From Klebsormidium nitens (taxonomy: Eukaryota > Plantae > Klebsormidiophyceae), in contig DF237071.1 in NCBI GenBank assembly GCA_000708835.1, positions 1 to 64,000 on the forward strand: DNA of 64,000 nt. The letters run 5' to 3'. The notes under the pieces are model-generated. The model worked only from the letters and a program-made list of their open reading frames with translations. It had not been told where the DNA came from and did no database searches. This document shows, piece after piece, positions 47,641 to 58,704 of the stretch (the stretch's first letter is position 1; the number at the start of each line of letters is the position of its first letter). Made by a program: the position numbers and the translations under genes.

Positions 47641-50600
47641 TTACAGCTGATAGGCAAGCCGATGATACTCAAGGTACACTCCCTCATCGTTGTTCTTGAG
47701 TTGAGACACCAGATTCGAGCAATCGTTCATCATCACTTCGGGACCTGCAGGAAACACACAAATCATTTCAGTCATCAAGACCTAGACATTCAAAGGAATC
47801 TGAATATCTAAACATGAGTACATCGACGAAGTTGCGAGTTGATCCGATGATCACCCCATTTCCCCAACCACTGAATCATATCGGCCGAAGAATACCAATC
47901 AGTTGCTCGCAAATCTGCATCATGTTGGGCCGGTTATTTGTAGTTTTATATCGAACACCCAATGCCACATACGAAGCCAAAACAAACCAGCATTTCATTT
48001 GCACAGGGGCACTGCAAAAACGGCAACGGAAAAGAGGAGCTTGGACGAGCGGAGCTGTCATTACCGGCACAGCAAATGGCAACCCTCGTCGAAGCCTTCT
48101 CATTTACGATGATGCTTTCGAGGGCAGTCCTGAGGTCGGGGCGCCCCTGCTCGATGTTGACTTCCAGGCCCAACTCGTTGAAGCTGACTCTTGTGGTAGA
48201 CTGCAAGGAAAGCCAAAAAGAAGCGGTTAAAAACGCGGTTAACAAGGTTATTTTATGCGTCCAAGGGACTGGAATGGATCGCTTCAAACGAACAGGGCCG
48301 CTCTCTTCTCCTCGAGCGTTGCCTGACGATGTCCCTAAAATTAGAAGGGCGGCGTCCCCTGACGTTGATCTCCAGCGACATACAGCCCGTAAAAGAGGCC
48401 AGAGCGTCGCTGCGAAAAAGGTGACCACGTGCAACTTTTGGGCGATCGCCACCGCAGAAGAGTGCCGGGAAACGTTCTGCCGACGCCGACTTCCAACATG
48501 GAGCGCCAATCTTTGTTTGCACGGTTCTACGCCTATCTGATCCCTTCTGTCTGTCGAGCTTGCGTTGCTTGCAAATCGAGCCACGAGTTGCGGCGCGCTT
48601 ACGACGGACGGGTGATCGGGGCTCTCGTACACGTCCTCAGCGGACGCCAGCTGTGACGCTTGGATGACGTCGTCCCTTCTGTAGCGCAAATACCTGCAAA
48701 GATAGTATTAACATAAGTACGCAGACTATGTATCGGCAAACTAGCTTAAAAGTCCTAGCGCTTCCGGGTTCAGAATATTTTGAAAGCGATCCAGACAGTT
48801 TGAGACAGGAACCCCACGGGAGCACAAGGTGTGCCAAACAAAAAGTCAACACGTCAACTCAACAAGAATCAAGAGACGGTCCAGTTCGTTCTGCCCGAGT
48901 GATTTTGGTCTCGCTTTTGTAACCTGGCGTTAAGTTTTGGACATGGGACAGAGTTCCGGATTTGGCACGAACAGCAATCTCTTTCTTCAGTGCCGGGCAG
49001 GGGAAGGCAGTCCATCTTGAATGTCAGCCAAAGGAATATAACAGGGCGCCTTTGCCTTGATCAGAGCAAAACCGGATCATTCCGCTCCGGAAAGTGGCGG
49101 ACGAGCCGCAGCTAGGCCACGGTTCAAAGCCGGGGTCACAGAGATCAGGAGCTCATTTCCGTACATATCGGAGCAGTTTCCTAACAATTCGAACCTGTTC
49201 TCTGCAAATCGACCCTGATATCGGCCCTGAACCGGGGCCTAGCTCCGGTTTTCCCGGAGTGGAAGGATCCGGTTCGGCTCCGGTGTAAAGCGAAGGCGCC
49301 CTGTGCGTTCAGAAGTTGGTCACTGACCTGTAGAGGTGCCTGGGGAAAATCACCACAGCTACTGGCAGCCCGATCGACGTAACGGAGAGCAGAACGGTGT
49401 AGAACAGACCCGCCTGCCAATGAAGGGCGAATGCTCATTCAAAGCTTCACAAAGGTAGCCTTAACCGAAGCGGTTGTCGAAGATTTCAATCCAGAATCCT
49501 TCAGCTGATCCTTGATCAAACTGTGAAAGCCGGAGATCCGTGAAATGGACGTCAAAAGTTTCTATGCAATTGCAGATATAGTCACTGACAAGCTTTGTTT
49601 AGTTGCACCTCCTTTGAGCTTGGATGTCGAAGCAGAAAACATGAAGCACTCTCACCTCGGAATCTGCCCTAAACTGAGATTAGTAAAAAGCTGTTCAGAG
49701 ACGCTAGAAACGTTTGCAAAAAGCGGCTCTTGCTTTTACCTGCCAGTATTTTGGTCTGGTGAAGTACGTCTCCACGTACTCCGAGTAGAAGCTCTGGCAA
49801 AGAACCAGGCCACACCAGCCGCCGATCCACGTCATCACGATTACAAGGAGCGTCTCCAGCTCGTTGAAGGACTTGGGCTGAATCGGCCTGTACGTGGAGT
49901 AAACCAGGTTAGTGAGATCAGATTTCGATGCGGTGCACATCCATTCGCCTTTTTCGGACTTGTGTCTCGCTTCTTAAAAGCAAAGCGCATTCCAAGGTGA
50001 AACAGCTTGACCCATCACGGCAAAACTTACCAACCGGACGAATCTGGTCTCCGCTCTTTCTGTGCCGCGCGTCAGGCGGTGGCTATATTGATCTCCAGTT
50101 TCAATACGAGTCGGCGTCGGAACAGAAAGAAACGGAACGGAATAGAACGTTCTCTTAAGAACAACTCTATTTCGATGAAGCCGTAACGAATTCTCACCTC
50201 GCGTAATCCCAGAAGAAGCTGGACGCCCCTGAAATCATGACGTCACCACAGCGCTGTGATTCAGCCGGGGCGCTACTAGACTTTCCAGCATCAACGTTAG
50301 TCGTCTCCGGCACTTCACGACCCACGTCTACGTTGAATTTGGAGCTTTTGAAGCTTGGGTTCGCCGTTGGTACCGTGGACTCTTCGCCGGTGTAGAAGAG
50401 ACGGGCGCTGAGCCACTTCTCCCTGTAGAAGACGACAAGAGAGGTGATCTAATGTGAGGCAAGAGGCTTCAGATTAGTTAGAGGCCGGAAGCCGCGTCAG
50501 AACGACTCTACACCGGATCTAGGATCAGCGTAGCAATTCTTGATGACAAACTAAGGTGGCGAAAGGAAGCTGAGAAGCAGAGAAGACGTCGCAACTAAAA

Positions 50601-53600
50601 GTCACGGCTAAAGTTGGTTTGCGCGGATTTATCAGGACGGAGTTCCTAAACGAAGTCGAATGCCTCGAAAAATTCCGAAAAGGGCTTTGAGGTAACGTCA
50701 CTAACAGCCGTGTGACTGCAAATGGATCTGACAAGCGGAAATGGAAGCCCTTCATATCAGTTCAGTATTATTGAAAAGCGCCTACTCCAACACTTACTGA
50801 GTTTCTACCGAATCCGTACGCTTTAGGATGTCAACAAGCGCTCACTGTAACGCGGCCGCCATGTCCCTCGTGAGAAGATGGAACTCCGCCTTGTGACGGG
50901 CACACCAGTACAGAACCACGTGCTTAGGTACGTCATCCTGCGAGCCAGCCCCGCGCGCGGAGAGCATGTCTTGCAGGAGCGAGATGAGCGGCACAACCTG
51001 TAGAGAGGAGCATAAAAAATAGAGGAATCTGGGCGAAAAGTGTGTTCATGCTCCTACCAAACCTGGGCGGATTGGGTGGAGCCAAGTAACAAAACTTTCG
51101 CTCTGTGAAAGTACCTGGAAGATGCGACTACTGTAGGTTCAAGCATGATATACTGTGCACAAAATTCTCTAGCGCTAACCGGCGCGAGCTAAGCATATGC
51201 TTTGCGCGAGCCTCCGTCAATCGGAGACACATCATGATCGAGATTTTAGTGTTCAAGGTACTACATGATCACTTTCTGCCGATCAATCTGGAATCCATAG
51301 CTCTTTAACCTCTCGCTTTCCGAGCATGTTCTCACGAATTGTGTGTCGAGTTTTTCAGAGCTCCAAAGGATCGATCGCTGAAAGGTATAGAGGGAATTTC
51401 GGGGAGTCGTTTTCACCCCAATGCCGCCCACGTGGAGGTTTTTGGACAAGACCGGTAATTAACCTTGCTAAAGGCTGGTTAATGCCCGTCAGTTTATAGG
51501 AAAGAAATCATTTCTTAAACAGCCCATAAAAATAATTGGTTTTCGACCGACAAGAAAAACTTCACTCGTGTGATCGACGAGTTTCGGGGAGTTGTTCTCA
51601 CCCCGATGCCGCCTGCGTAGAGATGGACGACGTCGTATTTGCGCCACTGGAAGGAGGTCTCGCCTCCAAACGGGCCGCTGAGCCGCACCGCCAGTACCTC
51701 TCCGTTCTTCAAGCGGTCGATGAATTCCTGGAACGAGAGAAGAGGTTCATTTATCTTCCCTCATACTGTTAATTCGTAATATAATAAGTAGGAAACTTCA
51801 AAAGAGTCGCAAGGTGCATGAGGGCCCTCCGTTCGAGCATTCCGCCGAACCCACTGCTCGAGGTCCTAGATTGAGGGCTGCTAAGGCTGGGTCAGAATGA
51901 AAACCAAACCGAGCAGAAAACTCTGATCAAGCTAACCAAAGCAATGCGAGACACCTTCAAAGGTGTCTCCTGGATACAGTCCACAGAAGCGGTTCCCGCA
52001 CTGCGCGCCGTTCGTGCAGGCACACCGTTTCGGTCAAGCTAACCCAAAATTGCAGGCTGGTAACCCATTTTCGCCAGTTCGAAAAATTCTCCTGATCACA
52101 GTCTCTGAAAGCGCGTGCGCTACGGCGACGTGACGCGGCCGCGCGCGCAATAGCAACCTGACGCGACGCGTGCGCACCCGGACGCGCGCGCACTCACCGC
52201 TGTCCACTTTCCGTAGCGCTTCATGCTGATCAGGATCTCCTGGCTGCCGCCATCCAATGGGCACGCAGAAATCGTATCACCCTTCGCGATGCTGAACGGG
52301 TGGTACTGCCAGCGACTAATGTCTGGGAAGGCCACGTAGATGTCTTGCAGAGGGCTCAGCTTTATGTTCTGTATGCACAGACGGCTTAAAATTGGTGCAC
52401 GCACGTGTTACTAGTCAGAACCGCGCAACGAATTATCTGGGCTCATGAAAGGAAGGTCCAAAAGGGTCGGGGTACGAATCACAGGGGCCGTGGATTACGC
52501 CACAAATGACGCAAATGAAAAGTTGCGAGTTAGCAATTCGCGTTACGCGAGGGAAAGTGGGTAAACAGATTCTGATGCGCGTCGCGGAGGCAAAAGGGCC
52601 CCCGGAACGGTGGCAGCAGCAGATAGGTTCGAGGGAGTGACGGGATGAAGCAGAGATGTTCGTCAATAAGACACAGAGCTTTTTCACGACCATTCGAGTC
52701 TGCTTCAGCGGTATCCGGAGCTCGTCATTCGTCAACCGTTTGGTCAGACGAATCTGAAAGGATGCATCTAACCCGGCAGCTTACATACCTTGTCGACCGA
52801 AAGTTTGATCATGACAACCGAGTCTTCTTCGCAGACGCCCTTTGCGATCGCTGTCGACGTGTTCTGGATCTGGCAAAGCCTGACTGCCAGGTCAGCCGCG
52901 TACAGAAGCAGGCCTGCGCAGCAAATGTAAATACTTCTTCTCAAACCCAGAAGCACTCAGGGAACAGAGAATTGCAAAAACCGAACTTCGACAAAGCGCA
53001 CCTTGCGTCGGTATAGATCCTGGTATAATCTAGGCAGGCAAGCTGACAGCTGATCTCGTCTGAAGGCGTTGTACTCGTTGGGAGGACCGAACACAAAACG
53101 GCACTGATCGAGCTTTGTTACTTTGCACAAGTCACTCCTGAGGAGATGCAATCATTTCCGGTTTTCGATTTGGGCAGAATTGCTCACCTGGGAGCCAGCA
53201 AGCCCACATCCAGTAGTAGTGCATCTGAGCGAAAATGATGAAGCCCACGAACCCGATGAAGTGTGTTTTGTAGAAGAGCTGCACAATCAGCGTCCGACAG
53301 AAAGTCTGGTCATGTGCACCCTTTCACAGGCAGGTCGAAAGCATGTTGTGACGGTCTGAGCAATTCAATTTCCAGCTTCTACTTGAAGAGTCCAGATTCG
53401 ATTCAGCTACATAAAGAAACCCTGCCTGTCCTTTGATCCTGGCAGAGCGATTCTGTCAGGCCGATCAAAGCAAGCGAACCGTCTTTGAGCATTTCTCAAT
53501 CGATTCGAAAGCAAGGCAAGATGCCCGACCCCGGCCCCTACCTCGAAGTACTTGCGACGGATCCAGTCGAGGGATGTGAACCAGAGAGCGAGTCCAAAGA

Positions 53601-56600
53601 ACCAGGCGATAGAGCCGGCGAAGAGGTTGATGGAATAACGCTGGCCCCAGTCGAAGAACTCGTGGAGGAATCTGGGACAAAACGTATTGGAGCTATTCAG
53701 CGAAAGCGCGGCCACTTTTCGGTCACCCGTCGGAAAGCTCTGGAGTTCAAATCGTCTGATTCCTTGATTGCTGTATGCTTTTTGTCACGAAACTATGACA
53801 AGTGGAGCTAGAGCAATCGAAAAGACAAGAGACAAACCCAGCAAAGGATTCCTCTGCCAAGGCTTTTTGACTCATTAATACCACAGCAAGCATGTCGAGT
53901 ATGACACAACAACGAAAGCGAGGGGTCAAGTAAAAGTGAGTCGAGTACGGCTGACTCACTTGATTTCTGGGTTAGCGATCCAGTAGAGATAGTAAAAGAG
54001 GGCGTGCGCAGTCGTGGTCCACATGGCCACGTGTCCCAACCACCTGCGAAGAGAGTCATTTTGGCTCTTCTTTTCTGTACAAAGCTTCAGTTGGATCACC
54101 TACTTCAGAGTCGCAGGTTCATGACGGCGAAAGGTCTTGAGAAAGGAGCATTCACAGCTCAAATGAACAGCGTATTTGGAGAAGCCCGGTCGAAGTCAAT
54201 CTTCTACAGCGTGCTAACCGAGTCAGCATCTTCTGATGTTTTGAATTTTCAAGTCAGTTAGAACCGTTCGGAGAACATTGAAGCATGCCAGGAATACTGA
54301 AGAGTTGGATAGTCAAAAAGAGGAGAAGTAAGGTTTTTCAGACATCAAAAAAAGGTCATCGGGACATGTTTCCTTTCTTTCTCTGAGCATGTACAAGCAT
54401 GTCTGTAGTGGAAAAGAAGCTCGCCTGTGGTATCGAATGAGGTGCGGGAAGGGAATGCCGAACATGTAGTTCAGGAACGAGCTGTGGGAGATCGGGAAGA
54501 ACAGGAGGGCAAAGTCCACGAACAGTATCCAACCCCAGGCAATGGCAATCCTGTAAGGAAGAAGGGCAATTCCCATCAGCTGGCGAGCACGGAAATAGCA
54601 AGCAAGACAAAGAAGGGCAGACGGTCAGATTTGTAATAACGCTAGAAACAAGAGAAGGGTCTCGTGAAGGGCCCAAACGCAACTTCAGAATTCTCCGGAA
54701 CTTTCGATTGTCGAGCAGACTTTGGAAAATGGCGAGTTTTGAACATCCGGAAAGCCAAGTAGACTGGGGATTCAGATTCTCGACGTACCTGTCGAGCGCG
54801 TATACGCTCTTGGGTACGTTGTAGTAGAGACCAAGCGCGTCCCCTGCAACAGGATTGAGATGAAATCTGATCGAAGCTACGTTCTTAGACAGGGAAGAGC
54901 AAAATTTTTGCCAACTGGTGTAATCCATTTGTACGATGCAGTATTTATAGGTCCTCTCCGGAGAGGTTAAAATTTGTATATCCTATAGTTAATATAAGAG
55001 GCCTTTGGGTTGCCCAGGAAACCATATATCAGCAGTATCAACTGATTGTATAAAAGTACCTCCTAATACTTCAGGTATTTCTTTGTGATTAAAGTAGACA
55101 CGTAAGCCTGGTTTGCTCATATTCTTCGAAAGAATCAGAGAAGATTCGTATAGACTCTTTCAAACGAGAAATAAGTAGGACTTCCAGCATTTTTTCAAAA
55201 TTCGTCCGAATTATCTGCAGCATGTTTGTCACTGTATATCGACGCCAAAGGGTCAGTTAGGGGGAGCTCAGAGGAAAGAGTGCCTTACACGCGTCGAATC
55301 GACCCTGGTAGTAAGTCATGTGGCTCCATAGGCAGACGAAGTGGGCCGCGATCCAGCTCGCGATCAGCAGGAACTCGCTCAGAGACATGCCGGAATAACA
55401 CCAGAGCCAAAACCGGCGGGGCGGGATTTCCCAGGCGAATATACGCCGGACCTGCACAAGAACACCCTTCTTTTTAAGGTTTTCGCTCTTGATAATGAGT
55501 CGAACCAGGGGTTGACCACGTTTTTCTTGGTATAAGGGCAGTTAAGATCAGCCAGAAAACAGGCTCGGTTGAACTTGGTCTCTCTTCGTGAAACGTATGG
55601 GCCATATATGAAACGCAGTAAAGCTGAAGAAGGTGCAAGTTGTGCAGTTCGCTTTTTGCACGGAATACTTTACTTTCAGCAGCTATTATGTACACAGGAA
55701 GCGGTGCTGAATATGAACCCGTTATGCTGGACATCTGCTGCCATAAAGGTGCCAATCGCAAGCATCTAAGAACCGACAAGTAATTCCAAACAAGGTCCGC
55801 AAAACGCATTAACCTGAAGCTCAAAGTGCAGACTACAGTGACCCGCTCAATAGCCAAGCTCATCATTCCTCACCCACTCAAGTCCTTCGTGGGCGGTTTA
55901 CCCAAGTACCATGTTTTTGTAGTCTGCCCGGGTCATCTCTTTTTTTGGTAGCATCCGAGCGAGGGAGATGCAGACGGCGGCAACTAGAGGCGGCGCGATG
56001 CAGGTGATTGCAAAGAGGGCGTCCCAGCCGTAGACGACGTAGTAACCTGGTTCCATCATATGGTTCCTGTGATAGGAAGGACAATCACCTGTTCAGAGTC
56101 CCGTACACACGACCTCAGCAAAGAGGAACAGAGGAAACCAGCCTCTGAGTATTTAAAACTCTCATGGACAAACCGCTGTGGAGGTTCAAACACGGAGTGA
56201 TCTTATAAAGCCTCTTGATTCGGTAAAGACAATTTCGTATGTATCAGCATCTTGAGATGAAGCAAAGAGTAGACCAGTTTTTAATGTGAGTGGATCCACT
56301 AGAGCTTATGAAGACAGCGTACAAAGTGCCTTCACTTCATTAGAACGCCCTTGACAACCGCCAACAGCCATCAATCTGCAAGATCAAGTGAGATCTGCCG
56401 CCACTAGCACTAGATCAGTGTTTGAGCGCGGAAACCTTGCGAGCTTTAAAGGACGCAGTAAGCCAGATGTCTTAGGAAGAAAGCTGATCAAATGGCTGCG
56501 ATACTTGAGCCTCAGCCCAAGTCACTACTAGCAATAGATCAGTGTTTGAGCTCGCAAAGCTTGATAGCTTCATTAAGAACGCAGTTGTACAACCTCAATC

Positions 56601-56905
56601 TCATCTGACTTAGAAGAAAATATGATCAAATGGCTGCCTTACCTGAGCTCCAGCCCAAGTCGCACGTCTTCCCAGAACTTGCCCTTTATGTGCACCCAAC
56701 ACCACGTGGGCAGGTTAAAGGTGATCTGCCAGAACACGAAGACGAGCACGCACGCCCAAGCGATTGCGATCAGCACCGAGCGCAGGATGCTGCAGAGTAG
56801 CAGCAAACCGCTCGAGTGTTCTCTTGAGGGAAGAACCTCCCCTTTAAGGTTCTCCATACTGCTGACTGGCTGGAAGCCTCCGCTTACTGAGCTGGAAGCA
56901 GCCAC
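47641..56905 (-). CDS. FRO: Ferric-chelate reductase / ferric reduction oxidase (FRO family flavocytochrome)
   Basis: Exons about 56905-56643, 56066-~55910, 55451-55289, 54843-54789, 54550-54425, 54043-53960, 53671-53542, 53278-53188, 52913-52789, 52368-52198, 51727-51602, 50997-50846, 50422-50198, 49887-49740, 49413-49328, 48693-48065 (may contain a further intron) and 47744-47641. Motifs: LFFPISHSS...[37 protein letters not shown] (FAD), LSGPFG, YAGGIG (NADPH), LYWCAR, GRPDL and ICCAGP. The exon 2 donor is ambiguous. Confidence 0.88.
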
Positions 56906-58704
56906 CTGCAGTGCTACAGTGCGTTAGATTTATATTTAGGAGCTGCTGAGCTGTTCAGCACTAGAGGTGGAGTACGTTCAAAAATTGTGGTTTGTCATTC
57001 TGAGCTTCTCTAAGCACCAATTTTGGAAGCAGCAATGCTGACGGTGTGATCGCTCATAGCGCAGAAACGTAACTACCTACTCCCAACGGAGAGTGTGGGT
57101 GAACTAAGAATCGAATCTGGAAGGTTTCCAAAAGTCGCAGACGGATCTAGGTCAGGGAGCTACCTCATGTTCATGTCTTGCTTGCAATAGGGTACTGCAG
57201 CAACACTTCACTGCCTCTGCAGCCTTTGTTAACGGTGAGGTAATACCACTAGTACCTGCATCTTCTCTAAAAGAAGCCTCGTCAGCTCATGACGACTCAC
57301 TCTTCAGTGGAACACGATCGATATTTACAGATTGCATGATTGCCGTAGAATGTAATGGGTACTCTATCTCTAGTGCTATCAGCTTCCGGATGTCGCTGTT
57401 TGCACGGACATGCTCAGGTTCAGATGGTCCGTGGAAGCTAATACAAGCACCCATGTGTAATTGGAGCGTGTAAGGCGATGCCCAAATTGTTTTGACCTAT
57501 GTGTAGCTAATTTTCTACGGCGAATAAAGATCCTAATCATGCGGAAGGGGGAACATGTGCAGGTAATACTCATGCAAAGCGGGCTAAAGAGTGATACAGA
57601 TGTGACGATAGTGCGGGGGCGCAACTCATAATGGCGTATCACGTTTGTGCTGTAGCGCACCTAGTACGGTAATATGCTCATTGCTCACAGTTCTAGGTTA
57701 GCTGGGTATCTAGAAAGGCTAAATTCTAGGTAATAGCCTTGAAAGGCCGGACGGCGAGTTCATCAGGAGTTTAGCTGACAATCTTCAAGGTGCGATCGTC
57801 AGGATGCAAGTCCGCATGTCGACATCGTGCTCAGAGTAAGCATGATCATAATGTCCCGAGTGCGAGCCGACGACCGTCCGACCGCCCAGGCCGCTTCTAC
57901 CGACCCTCTGACCGACCGGTCGTCAACTCAAGTCTGGGTGGCCGAGCGACCGGTCCACTCAACCGAGAGGCCGCGGTAGGCATGGCCTAATACCGTACGT
58001 CAGAATGAGCGGTATTAGCTCGGTATTCTACACTTTCCGACCGCTTTTACCGGTACGAACGCGAGCTGGACTCTCGAGTCTGGAGTCTGGACTGTGGAGA
58101 CTCGACTCCGCGGCAGTCTGGGGTCCAAGCCCAGCTCCTACTGTCCCAGGGGCTCCTAAGAACAGCTCGGATCACACTAGATCCACTGGTGACTGGGGTA
58201 TATCATACCTAGCTGGGGTACTCGGCTACTCAAACCACAGGCATAGCCTGCGCATGCAAAAGCTATTAGCTCCAGCTAGATCAAAAAGAACGGCTCGGTT
58301 CTGTGTGATAGCTAATATACGTTACTAAGGCCGGGTGGTGTGCGCAGTACTCTTAGAACTAGTCGGCAGTGCCCGGTTGGGGTCTTTCAGTATGATCGGG
58401 GTGAATTTGAAAGATTACTGATTAGGCATGACCCCGCTAGTCCTAGATCCTGACTGCTCTCAAATATTCGCTCAACCTCAGTACTAGTCAAGCTGTTGAC
58501 AAAGACCAGGACGATGTAACACTGTAGTCTGTGTAATACGTACCCTGGTTGCTTATCACCGTACCTAGCTTGAGGGAGAGCATCTTCATTAAGGTACCCG
58601 CAAAAGAAGCTGGGCCTCAACCTCTGCTATCGTGGAGAAAGAACAAAGCCTCGTTGGCCTTTGCTGACCAGGTTCTTCCTACACAAGCTATCCTAGGGTG
58701 CCTA

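Noticed and set aside
55902-55945. Possible frameshift in an A7 run of FRO exon 2
   Set aside because: An in-frame donor (ATG|GTACTT at 55910) resolves the phase without a frameshift. It cannot be decided without RNA data.
58117-58135. Twister-like hairpin CTGGG-GTCCAAG-CCCAG
   Set aside because: The upstream UAA cleavage motif and pseudoknot partners are not visible.
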